Below, in pieces: positions 52,598 through 64,000 of a DNA stretch of 64,000 bases (position 1 is its first letter; every line of letters begins with the position of its first letter). Made by a program: the position numbers and the translations under genes. The notes beneath the pieces were generated by a model that saw only the letters and a list, made by a program, of their open reading frames with translations, searched no databases and had not been told where the DNA came from. The DNA comes from Raja brachyura (taxonomy: Eukaryota), in contig OY740798.1 in the NCBI GenBank assembly GCA_963514005.1, positions 31,682,001-31,746,000 of the forward strand, read 5' to 3'.

Positions 52598-54185
52598 CTT
52601 GCCCACTGTTCTTGCCCACCGTTGTGTTATCAGCAAATTCAGCTATCTTAAACTTTGAAGCTTTTATCCAAGTTAATTGTATGAATTGTAAAGAGGTGAA
52701 GCCCCAGCATCGAGCCCCGTGGTTTGTATTGCATCTTGCCAAATAGATAAAGGCTAGTTTACTACTGATTTCTGTTTTCTATTCACCAACTAATCCTTTC
52801 TACCTCACCAGTACATAAGCTCCTACATATTTCCCTCAATAACTTTACATGTACCATCTTATTCATTGCTTTTCAGAAAGCTAAATATAGTACATCTTCA
52901 GTTCTCCGTTATCCACTGCATGTTACATTCTGTATTTTCTAAACACTGATATCAGGCTAATTATTTTACAGTTCCTAGTTCTCTTGCCAACCTGTATTTG
53001 ATGAGGTTACATTTATTGCTGTCCATTCAATAGGAATCAATATGGCATCAGTAAAATTTTGGAAGATGAAAAAAGTGGAATGTTGGATCATTAGCTCAAA
53101 GGGATTTATCACCTTTCAGTCCCATTACTTTCTCCAATATCACATTTTGAATAATACTAGCTTCTTTGTTTACTCTAGACTTGTAGTCCTCCACTATTTC
53201 TGCAAGATTTTCTTTGTCTACTTCCATGAAGACAAAGAAAAAAAATGTTTTTAATTTCTTCTACTCCTCAGCATACTTTCTGAAGTCTCTGTCTGAAAGG
53301 GACCCACATTAAATGTTGCCAAACTTTTCCTTTTTATATATATTAACAGAAGCTCTTGCAAGTTCTTTCGACGTTTCCTGCTAGCTTACTAATTTATTGT
53401 ATTTTTAATTTCCTTAGCCTTGGAGTCATAATTTTTTTCCCAGTCCTCAGACATATTGTTTTTTTTTGGCAATCTTAACAGGCTTTTGCTTTGATCTTAC
53501 AGTAACGAAATTATTCTGATGGCTACAGTTGGGCTACAGTTTCCTGTTGTGTGTTTTTGCTTGAAAGGGATACAAATTAGTTGAGAACCATTTACTAATT
53601 CTTTAAAAATCAGGTAGTGCTGGTGTACTTCCATATTTTCTAATTGAATTTTCCAATCTATCATAGCCAAATAGCACTATGCCTTGATAATTTGCTTTAT
53701 CCAGATTTAACTACTCAGACAGTAGTTATTTGAAAAACAAGGAACTGATGGCACAGCAGAGAAGATGGGGCCTGGGGCACTTCAGCTAATATCATATTTA
53801 ATGGCAGGACAGGCTTAAGATTCTGAGTGGCCTACTCCTAATGCTTTTTTTTGTTCTTTTGATCATAAGACCACGATGAAGTGTTGTCGAGTTGGACTGT
53901 AGGGCCTGTTTCTGTGCTGTGAGACTACAACTCAGTTTCAAACTTGAAAAAAGGCAGAAAATGGATGAGTGACAGCATGAAAGGGAAAGGGAGAGTGCAT
54001 GAATCCCCAGAAGAGCATTGTCAAGGAGGAGGATGAGCGGACAGAAGTCATTGTGCACACTGGCACAAATGAGATAGGTAGGAAAAGGTTAGTAATCTCC
54101 AAATTACTCGCAGTGCCATGTGCTCACGTGGGTCGGAATCAGAGGATAGGATAATTGTGTGACTGTGTGGTTGGAGCAGGGATCA

Positions 54186-56393
54186 GGGACTCAGCAACGG
54201 ACTTGAATGAATACTCCACAGTCGCTACAGACTTCATAAAGAAATGTGTGGAGGACTGCATCCCAACAAAAACCTTCTGTGTTTCCTAACCAAAAGCGTT
54301 GGATGAACCACGAGGTCTGCATTCTTCTGAAGACCAGATAGTGGGCATTCAGGTTTGGAAATCAGAGGTCTACAAGATATGACCTTGGTAAGGCTATCAA
54401 AAAGGCCAAAAGGGACTTTTGCTCCAAGCTGGAGGATGAGACGGATGATCGGCAACTGTGGTGGGACTTGAATGCAATCATCTCCTACAAGGCGAAATCA
54501 GGAGGCAGCTCAAATGTCAGCGAAGCATCACTCCTTGTCGAGCTCAACGCGTTTTACGCACACTTTGATAGGGAGAACACTGATGTGCCTTCCCGAGCCC
54601 CCATTCGTCGTGATGGTATTTATTTCACAGTCACAGAGGCCGACGTCAGAAGGTCCTTCAGGAGGTGTGAACCCTCGAAAAGCGCCTGGACCTGATGGTA
54701 TACCCGGTCGTGTTCTAAAAACCTGTGCGGACGAACTGGCTGGAGTTTTTACAAACATTTTCAATCTCTCACTTCTGAGGTCTGAGGTTCCCACCTGCTT
54801 TAAAAGGACATCAATAATACCAGTGCCCAAGAAGAGCAAGGTGACGTACCTCAATGACTATCGACCAGTGGCACTAACGTCTGTGGTGATGAAGTGCTTT
54901 GAGAGTCTGATCATGGCACAAATCAACTCCTACCTCGACAAAAACCTGGACCCACTGCAGTTCGCTTACCGCCACAACAGATCAACGGTGGATGTGATCT
55001 TGCTGGCCCTCCACTCCTCTCTGGACCACTTGGACAACAAAAGCTCATATGTCAGGGTGTTATTCAGGGACTACAGCTCTGGATTTAAAACCATCATCCC
55101 CTCCAAGCTGGTTACCAAGCTATCAGATCTGGATCTCTGCGCATCCCTCTGCAATTGGATCCTCGACTTCCTCATTCACAGACTACAGTCTGTCCGTATT
55201 GGTGGAAATGTGTCATTCTTGATAACAATCAGCAGGGGTGCACCTCAAGACTGCGTGCTCAGCCCTCCTGCTGTACTCACTCTATACTCATGACTGCGTA
55301 GCCGGACATAGTGCGAACTCCATCATCAAGTTCGCCGACGATACCACTGTTGTGGGACGTATCATTGATGGGGACGAGTCAGAGTATAGAAGTGAGATCG
55401 ACCGATTGACCAAATGGTGCCAGGACAATATTCTGTCTCTCAACACCAGCAAAACCAATGAACTTTGGAAGGGTTGGGTGGGGACCCACAGTCCCGTTTA
55501 TATCAACGGGTCGATGGTGGATAGGGTCAAGAACTTAAAATTCCTGGGCGTGCATATTTCTGAAGATCTCTCCTGGTCCCAGAACACTGATGCAATTATA
55601 AAGAAAGCACATCAGCGCCTCTACTTCCTGAGAAGATTAGGGAGAGTCAGTCTGTCAAGGAGAACTCTCTCGAACTTCTACAGGTGCACAGTAGAGAGCA
55701 TGCTGACCGGTTGCATTGTGGCTTGGTTCGGCAACTTGAGCGTCCTGGAACGGAAAAGGCTACAAAAAGTTGTAAACACTGCCCAGTCCATCATCGGCTC
55801 TGACCTCCCTACCATCGAGGGATCTATTGCAGTCGCTGCCTCATAAAGGCTGCCAACATCATCATGGACCCACACCATCATGGCCACACACTCATCTCTC
55901 CGCTGCCATCAGGTAGAAGGTACAGGAGCCTGAAATCTGCAACATCCAGGTTCAGGAACAGCTTCTTCTGCACAGCCATCACACACAACTTCAAACAAAC
56001 TCTGAACTATAACAGCTTATTTCACTTGATCCGTTTATTTATGTGTGTATATATATATTCTATGTAGATTGGTTATTGCATGTGAACCAATCAGAGTAAT
56101 GTACTACCACTAACTCCACCCTATTGAACACTTAATATTAACACTCACTTCCTATATTATGTAGTCGCACCAGTAGTAGAGTGGAACTAACATCTATTGT
56201 ACTGTGCCATTATAACTGATGATTAAAGCTGACCAACACCAGACAGTGTCTGTACACTTGTGTACAGTATATGGACACACTGATCTGTTCTGTATTTATG
56301 CCTACAATATTCTGTTGTGCTGCAGCAAGCAAGAATTTCATTGTCCTATCTGGGACACATGACAATAAACTCTCTTGACTTGACTTGACTTGA
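54186..56393 (+). mobile_element. Rex1/Babar LINE, 5'-truncated
   Basis: [47 protein letters not shown]; (CTTGA)n tail. Confidence 0.95.
56063..56266 (+). mobile_element. Possible short solo LTR in the Rex1 3'UTR
   Basis: TGTA...TACA termini, CCAAT, TATATTA, ATTAAA; absent from the Rex1 copy at ~6550; no clean TSD. Confidence 0.45.
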
Positions 56394-58396
56394 ATTTTTG
56401 GACTTCTGAGATCTCTTCTGGGGCAGAGGTGACGTTGCGAAGATGGATGGATTGAACTTGAACTGAAAGGGGATCAATATTCTAGTGGACAGGTTGGCAG
56501 GTACTAATCACTGTCATTGGATTCAACTAGATTGGTAGGGGGACGAGATCTAATGCAGTAACGAGGTAGGCAAGAGGGTGGACGTCGACATAGATGTCAA
56601 TCACAGTACATTCAGGAGACAGGACAGGTGGAGCATGGTATGAAGCAAGTAAAGGCAATTGTATTAAATTGCATTTATTTCAATGCAAGGGGCCTGACAG
56701 ATAAGGTGGATGAACTCAGGTGTGGATAAGTTTGTGTGACGTTACGGCCATTATAGAACCCTGGCTAAGGGAGGGAGTCAGTACGTGAGCTTTTTTCAGG
56801 CCAGCGGTTCTATTAGCTTTAAAATAGTATGGATAAGGATATGGATGGTTCACAAATTAAAGTTCTAAATTTGGGCAAGGCCAACATTGTTGGTATGAGA
56901 CAGGAACCTGCAAAAGTTCATTGGAGGCAAAGGTTATTTGTAGGCAAAAGGCTGTCTGAAAAGTGGTTTTAAAAGTATAATAATGTAATTTCAAGGTATA
57001 CATGTTCTTTACAGAATGAAGGGTAAGGAAGGTAGGAGTAAAGAACCCTGGATGATGATAGACATTGAATCTCTGGTTGGGAAATATAAAGAAGACATGG
57101 GTCAAGTGCAGGCAGTTTGGATCAAGTGTATCCATGGAGAGCTATAGGGAATTGAGGAGGTTAAGGAAGAAATCATGAGGGCTAAATGGGGGACGAGAAA
57201 GCAATGGCAGATAAGCACTATAAATATCCTGAGTATTAAAACAGGACCATGTATTCTGAAGTGCTCTCACTCAGCAAAACCTCTATGTGGTACAAGTCAG
57301 GAGGTTGGTAGAAAATATTTTGTTCTCACAAATGGGTGCAAATGCAAGAAGATCAAAGGAGCTCAGTGCCAGTCTGCTTGATGATCAGCAATAAGTACTG
57401 CCAAGGAGCTGAATTCAACCATTACAAGAAGCCCCATCTGTTATCCAAATTGTGAAAAAGACAAATAGCCTGATTATGTGCAAAAGATGGCTTGGTCACA
57501 GAACATCATAAGTTCAATAAGGCCAAAAATATGTTACCAATCAAAAAGTGACATCATTTTCATCTCTATAGTTTGACTTGATTAACCATATGTACACAGC
57601 TGGGCACAGGAGAGTAATAAACCATTCATTATCAGATCCAAAGCTTTTAAATCTCTTCACATACTTCTTCAATCAGTATCTCCCTGATTAAACATGATCT
57701 TCCCTATCACAGGCATACCATGGCATTAAGGAATAAGTTGCAGTACCTCATCCACTCTTCTATGGCAGCATCTATATAATAGACAAGCTCCATCACTGCA
57801 GCAGAAGCATGAAATACTATTTCCAAGTTCCCCAGGTTGAATGTCAACCTGCCTTCAACATAGATCTTTCTCTATTATCATCCTGTGTAAATTTCTGGAA
57901 GTCCCAAGTGAACAATGTTATGGGCGAGCCTTCAGCACGTAGGGAGCTGTTCAGAAGAGTCATCACACCTACATATGATCTATTAGTGTAGGAGCAATTA
58001 ATGCCAGCCTTTCCAGAAACACTTGCATTTGAAGGATGTAGTAAAATAAATGGGGAAGACCCCACTGAGGATTGGAATTGGGATGATGAGTTTACATATA
58101 CGAAGACCCAAGCACCATCAGGTTCCTGAAGCTTGTATGGTATTAACTCTCTTGAGACTTCGGAAAAAATGAGCGCCTAATTTTGGTGAGGTTCCTGGAG
58201 TACTCCTGATGATAGGATGCTGTAGGTTGGTCTGTAAAAACAATGGGGGTTGCCACAGATGTCAAATAGCTCATGCTGATTTAGTTGACATTGATGCCCA
58301 CAGTGAGGAATGAGTCAGCATGCATTCTCTCTACTCCGTCCATTAGCAATTAACTTTTGGCACTGGGGATAACTCAAAAAAGGTTTTGTGCTTGTT

Positions 58397-59207
58397 CAAA
58401 GTCAAAGTCAATTTTATTCATCACATGCACCCGAAGGTGCAGTGAAATGAATTTGCCAGCAGCGATACACTTAAAAAGAACACACAATACACAATCAAAT
58501 TTAACACAAACATTCACCGCAGAATTCTTCACTGTGGTGGAAGGCACCAGAGTTCAGCTAGTCCTCCTCCTTTGTTCACCAGTGGTCGGGGTCATAACCC
58601 CTCCACAGTCACCGCTATGGACGGCCGGATGTACAGTCCCTCTTGTCGAGATGTTCAAACCTCCGACGTCAGGACGGGCAAACACACTTGGAGGTCCCGA
58701 CCTGGCACTTTCCTACTGGAGACCTCGGCTTCAGGATGTTTTAGGCCGCAGGCCAGCGTTCGGAGCTATTCTCCAGCGATCCCGGCGAGGGAACCCAGGC
58801 TCCGGATGGTAAGTCCATGCCACGCCCGCGGCTAAAAGCTCCGCAGACCACAGCCCCCAACGTCAAATGTATCAGGCCAGCGATCGGAGCACTCCCCTCC
58901 GGCGACCCCCGGCGAGGGTTCGTCCCGCTCTGCGATGGAACGTCCACGTTGCACCTGCTGCCGATGTTCCGGGCCCGACTCTGGAAAAGGCTGCTCCAAT
59001 CCATGCTGTTAGGCCGTGAGGGAGTCGACATGGAAAAAGTCGCGTCTCCGTCGAGGAGGTGACCGAAAGCAGTTCCCCCCTTTTTCCCCCCCACCACCCC
59101 TCACACAACACACATCAAGAGACACCCAAACTAACATTAGACACACAAAAAAAGCCGAAATAACAAACACGCTGCTGGCAGGGCAGCCGACTCGCAGCGC
59201 CCCCACG
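58397..59207 (-). mobile_element. Non-coding CpG-rich retroposon with Rex1-type tail
   Basis: (GACTTT)n tail, AATAAA, TGCACC hairpin; related to 12642-14093. Confidence 0.55.
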
Positions 59208-59554
59208 GTTCAGTGAAACCGGTATCAAACATAATTGAAATTAGCCACACAGGTCCTCCCCAAGTTACAGTGAAGTTTGGTTCCTGTGAACTGTTTGCAA
59301 AGCAAATAGTTTGCAAGCCAGAAATGTAGCCATGAACTGTGTTTTGACACAGCAAAAGATGCCTGCAGCCCCACTGCAGTCAGGAAATCCATCCTTGCTG
59401 GTCACCTAAACATTTGCTTCAGTGTACAGGCTTTACATAAGTTGGGTGTTTGTAAAATGGGGAGGTCCTGTATTGAAATCTGAGGAGCAAGGCAGGATTT
59501 ACTACCTGTTGACAGAAACTGAGGAAATGTCAGTGAAGACTTGGAAACTGATAA

Positions 59555-59885
59555 AGACACAAGGAACTGCAGATGCTGGAACGTTGAGCAAAACACAAAG
59601 TGCTAGGGGAATTCAGCGGGTCAGGCAGCATGGAGTGGAGTGAATGGACCGGTTGATGTATTGGATCGCTACCCTTCTTCAGACTCCAGGCAGGAGAGGT
59701 TAGTTGGCAGACAACACTGAATCATCCTATCACAACCAGAGAGCAGTCCTATTATCTACCTTGTTGGTGACCCTCAGGCTATCCTTGATCGGATTTTGCT
59801 GGCGTTATCTTGCACTAAATGTTATTCCCTTAACATGTATCTATAGACTGTAAATGGCTCAATTGTAGTCATGTATTGTCTTCAA
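59555..59885. repeat. Penelope-derived repeat (minus) followed by Rex1 3'UTR fragment (plus)
   Basis: GGAACTGCAGATGCTGG...CCCTTCTTCAGAC; second part matches 12190-12360. Confidence 0.6.
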
Positions 59886-60415
59886 TATACAGACTCGGGA
59901 TGCAAAATTACTTCAGCTGATTCCCTACTCTAGTTGGCCATCGGAGGAAGATGGCTGACATGCAACCTTGGACATGGAGCAAAGCAGATTACTCCACCTC
60001 TTTTTATCTGATCACATGTCCTTTCTGATTATCAAATATTTGGGAAAATTTAGATCCCAACTTTGAGCATCCTGCAGCAATTACTGTTGTGGCATCCTTC
60101 TGTGCTGGCTACTTTCGTATCATGACAGAATAGTCAACTGATTGTAGTTTACACAAATAAGCTTGGATATGGGAGACTACAATGCTTATGAGAACTTTTG
60201 AAAAGGAAGGAAAAGTTGGTTAGAGCAATAATTTGGAAAGATGGAGAGGTCGTGTGATAAGGAAATGGGTGGATGGTCCACTAAAAGTGCATAGAGTGAT
60301 GAGGAGAGAAACCTGCAAGTTCAGAGCAAAATCTTGAGAATCTCTAAAATTTGGATTGGTCGGCTAAGGTAAGGAGAGTAGCTGTAGAGGCAGCTGATCA
60401 AATGGCTCAGTCTTA

Positions 60416-60941
60416 AGGGCCTGTCCCACCAGCATGCGATTCCATGCGGTGAGCGCGACCAAACCGGCAGCGGGGACCACGTGGAGATCGGGTGATCCCT
60501 GTACAGGGCCGTTCCCACCAGCATGTGCCTGCATGCGGCAAGCGCGACCAAACCGGCAGCAGGGGCCGCACGGAGGTCGGGTGAGTGGCGCAAAGTGAGG
60601 CGAACTTGGAGCAAAGTCTTAAAGGTAAGTTCACCAGGACAGAGAGGGACACACAGAGAGGGGCACAGAGGCACACACAGAGAGGGGCATGGAGCTACAC
60701 ACAGATAGGTTCACGGAGGCACGACGTCGAGGCGGTGCGTAATGCGTCGAGGCGACAGCGAGCCGACAAGCTGTTGCCGTTCGGAATTTTTGAACATGGT
60801 CAGTTTTTCAGAGCCCCACACGATGTCGGGATGAACTCCGTACAATTCCGCACGGCCCTGGCCCCGCGACGCCAGACGGCTCAAGCGACCATGTTAGGTC
60901 GCGCTCATCGCATGGAGTTGCATGCTGGTGGGACAGGCCCT
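60416..60941. mobile_element. PIF/Harbinger-type MITE
   Basis: TTA TSDs; TIR AGGGCCTGTCCCACCAGCATGC...GCATGCTGGTGGGACAGGCCCT; subterminal unit duplicated at ~60507. Confidence 0.88.
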
Positions 60942-61406
60942 TTAATGTCATAAAAGTGAGCATCTTTCACCTGATGGAGCTAAGGGTCAAGGGTTTAACA
61001 GGATATTTTCTGATGGCGAGAAAAATCTGGTACTTATCTTTTCATTTTCAGGATGATCGCTGAAAAGTGAGAAATTAAAGTATTACATGAATGGCTTTCA
61101 AAGAAACATTGAACAGCTTAAGCCTATATTCATTGACTTTTTAGAAGAATACAAGGATAAAATACAATATTTTGAGGGACATATTCCGAGTGGATGTTTG
61201 CTGTTGTGTGAAATCTTGATCAAGGGATTAGTTTCAGAATATGGCGTTGCCCATTTAAAAATAGCTGAGGGGAACTGCTTATCACAGAGGGTTTTGAATC
61301 TTTGGAATTCATGGAACAAGGAAGCATGAGATAATGAATCTCTCCAAGTCTCATGCAGACTGAGAATTATGGGAAACAGACAAGATACTGAAGCAAAGAC
61401 ATACGT

Positions 61407-62449
61407 TAAGTATGTTACAAAACTTACCTTCAGCGGCGCTGCAGTTCTGCCACTGGCCGTGTGTGCGACTTTGGCGCCTTTGAGAGGGGGGCGGGTTTAA
61501 AATGCGATTTTTCTCCAGCCTATTCAAATCGAATTTGAACAGACTGTTTAGTTGCTGAAGAAAAATCGCTTTGAATGCTGTTTTATTAAGATTATTAAAA
61601 TTAGCACTGGAAAAATTAAAAGCAGGAGAAAATTAAAAATCATCTTCTAAAGCCGTGAACGCCGACAACGGGACGGATCTCACGTAGGGGCCAACGCAAG
61701 GTAAACCGTTTATTTTTTCATATAAACTTACTTCTTAGGATGCCTTTAATCAAAATTTCACATTGCGAAAAGATGACTTAGGACCCACATGAACCAGCAG
61801 TATTTTTCATATCGATATGGGATTTAAATTCACCGCAACTGCAATGTTCCAATCAATCACGTTCCACAAAATCCCACTCGCAAGATGATTAAAATGGCCA
61901 TTAATTTATGGGAATTAAACACTAAATTCCTTCCATTTGGCCTATAAATTCATGACAATGAGATTTAAAAATCATGTTATATTGCGAATTCTTGTGTGAA
62001 TGTTATTTGGACACTTAGGCTTTTTAAAAATGTTAACCTTTTTTTAAGAAATGGATAGATGTTCAGATCTAGTAATTGAATTTTGTAATTAGCTACAATT
62101 AGGTAACAAACTAATTATATGCTTTAATTTCAGGTCATCCAAGTAAGATTGTTTGTATTTGTTTCAGAATGCTTCAATCTACAATAACTGAAAATTTCAT
62201 TCAGTTCTCTTAATTTTTAAGGAAGTTATGGGCTTTTGACTGTCCTTGATCACAGCTTTTGTGTTAAGTCAATGGAAAAGCAATAGGGAACAAGATGTTA
62301 ATTTCTGAGTATGGAAATGGCCATAACTTTTTTAATACTGAAGATATGAATGTGAATTAGGTGTCAAATTAAACTTCTTTTTATGCTTTATCTGGTGGGA
62401 TAAATTGCTGACTTGATTTTAAAAATCTCAAAATTTTGGAACATTGCTA
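61407..62449. mobile_element. Non-autonomous DNA transposon with short imperfect TIRs (hAT-like)
   Basis: Flanking direct repeat ACATACGTTA (61399-61408; 62449-62458); TAAGTATGTTACAAAA / TTTTGGAACATTGCTA. Confidence 0.7.
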
Positions 62450-62849
62450 CATACGTTATATCGCCCATGGTCTTCCTTGGGGGTGAAGCAGGCTCAAGGG
62501 GCTGCTTGATCTACTACTGCTCTTATTTCTTAAGTTCTCATGTACTTGCAAAGGCTGCAATCGGACATGTGAATGGCTTAACACCATACCCATTCAAGTC
62601 TGCATTCCTTAGCCAAAAACAAAAAGGATAGGGCCTTGATAGAATGAGAATGAGAGTGTGTAATGAACACTGGAGCATCAGTGGAGATTAGAGTATGGTT
62701 GAGTGGGTAAGTGGTTGCAAATATATCACAGAAAATGGTTAGGATCAGTGATTTAAGGAGAGCTTTCTCTCATGGGTTTGTATAGAAGGAAGTAGGGATG
62801 AAAATGAATCAGGGACATGGGTAAAGAGCAATACAAGGAAGTAATAAAA

Positions 62850-64000
62850 AATAGTAAGATTAAACGCGAACTTACTAAGTTTGACGTTTGATCTTTATTT
62901 TATGAGGGGTTACGTTGAGGGACAACGTGAAGAACCCCGTTCGCCCGCAGTGCGCGTCAATCTTCAAAGCAGCGGTGTGAAATCACAGACAACAATAATT
63001 GAAGTAACATAGTAAGAATAGAAAAGACTAGAACTACCAGTTGATCTTTATGAGGGTTGGGAGCGGTGGGCTCGTAGTCCCTCAATGTAACTCCTCATAA
63101 ACTAAAGATCAAACTTCAAACTTGGTAAGTTCTTGTTTAATCTTACTATTTTACTTCGGAGTCACGTGAGTGGTTATGTGAAGATTTCAAAGCTCTGTGA
63201 TTTTATGCCGTGAGAAACGAGTCTACACAGCCACAACTGTTTCATTGACAAATGAGGGAAAAAATATTCATAATACATACACTCATGGCATAGATTTAAA
63301 CATGCTGATGTTATTAATGAAGTAATAATAATAGTCCCACCTTTCACTCGGATGGAAACTATAATCAAATGAAAATAGGGTTGACAAATACTCTGATCTA
63401 ATAATGGGTTATTATAAATGTTTGAAATTCGTTCGCTTGACCATGCTGCAAGCATTAGGACGTGGGTTAATCTTACTATTTTATGTGCATAAAACCCTTG
63501 CTGCTGATGTTATAGCAGCCCTGATGGAGTGAGATCTAGAATCAGTATCTACTCCTACATAAATCAAAGTCCATTTTATCCTCTGGAAGTGACATGAACA
63601 GATACGTTCTTATAAGTTTTTGTGACTAACAACATAGCTAGTTCAGAGCCTCGAAGACTCTCAGTGACCTTAACGTATTGTTATATATGTGTGTTCTCAC
63701 TTTACCAAAAGTTCCTGGGTATGCCTTTAACTATTTTGAGATCTGACACCCCTTCTGCTCTGCTTAAGTGAATTATAAGCATAAATATTATATATTATTG
63801 TTTACAGACGTAACCATCTTGTTCCGTCGCAACTATCTAGCGACTAAACCTGTTGCGCTAAACCAGCGCCAGGAGGATAACCACCTTATGAAGTCCGGCG
63901 AAACAAAGGATGTAGCTGGACCCCCCTGGTGAAATAGTGCTCACACAATGTTGACATCCCATACTGCATTGTACTTGTCCTAGGACATTGTGTTAAAGAT
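62850..64000 (-). mobile_element. Second DIRS1-like element, right part
   Basis: Terminal inverted repeat 62850-62927/63073-63150, homologous to 24771-25070; YR motif SHSIRAAITSAA and LAAWS on the minus strand at ~63435-63540. Confidence 0.85.

Larger units (their letters stand above)
49072..52660 (-). mobile_element. Non-autonomous Helitron-like element with internal tandem repeats, split by CR1
   Basis: Minus-strand 3' end GGGACCCAACGGTTCCCACTCAGTCTAG|T; related GGGCC-rich sequence on both sides of the CR1; 5' end approximate. Confidence 0.6.
53940..57240 (+). mobile_element. Old CR1 5' part (SGNH-esterase ORF1 and start of ORF2) split by Rex1
   Basis: EVIVHTGTNEI (~54045), DGLNLN (~56447), CIYFNARGLTDKVDELR (~56670). 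Confidence 0.72.

Noticed and set aside
61030-61329. Strong plus-strand acceptor and 80-aa ORF
   Set aside because: Stops follow the acceptor in all frames and the ORF runs into CR1 remnants

Overview
Eukaryotic, repeat-dense vertebrate DNA. The repeat inventory (CR1 LINEs with ATGTTTCT/TGTCTAT tails, V-SINE/HE1-like SINEs, Rex1/Babar, Penelope with hammerhead-like repeats) suggests a cartilaginous fish such as a skate or ray; this is an inference. Most of the window is nested, decayed transposons: CR1, L2, Rex1, Penelope, two DIRS tyrosine-recombinase retroelement right ends, a full-length dead Tc1, Helitron-like, Harbinger, hAT-like and Sola2-like non-autonomous elements, and solo LTRs. Host sequence is sparse. 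There is a CpG-rich promoter and a signal-peptide-like first coding exon on the minus strand at ~34.6 kb (gene unidentified, with one or two candidate downstream micro-exons). There is also a broken ZFP36/tristetraprolin-family copy at ~8.4-9.0 kb, which the ORF track splits over several frames. I see no clearly new multi-gene system. The best leads are the ZFP36 copy, the DIRS terminal architecture (including a terminal sequence embedded in a recombinase gene), a composite Sola2-like element carrying telomere-like repeats, and the Penelope-derived hammerhead units. All calls were made by eye and repeat boundaries are approximate unless a TSD or TIR is quoted.
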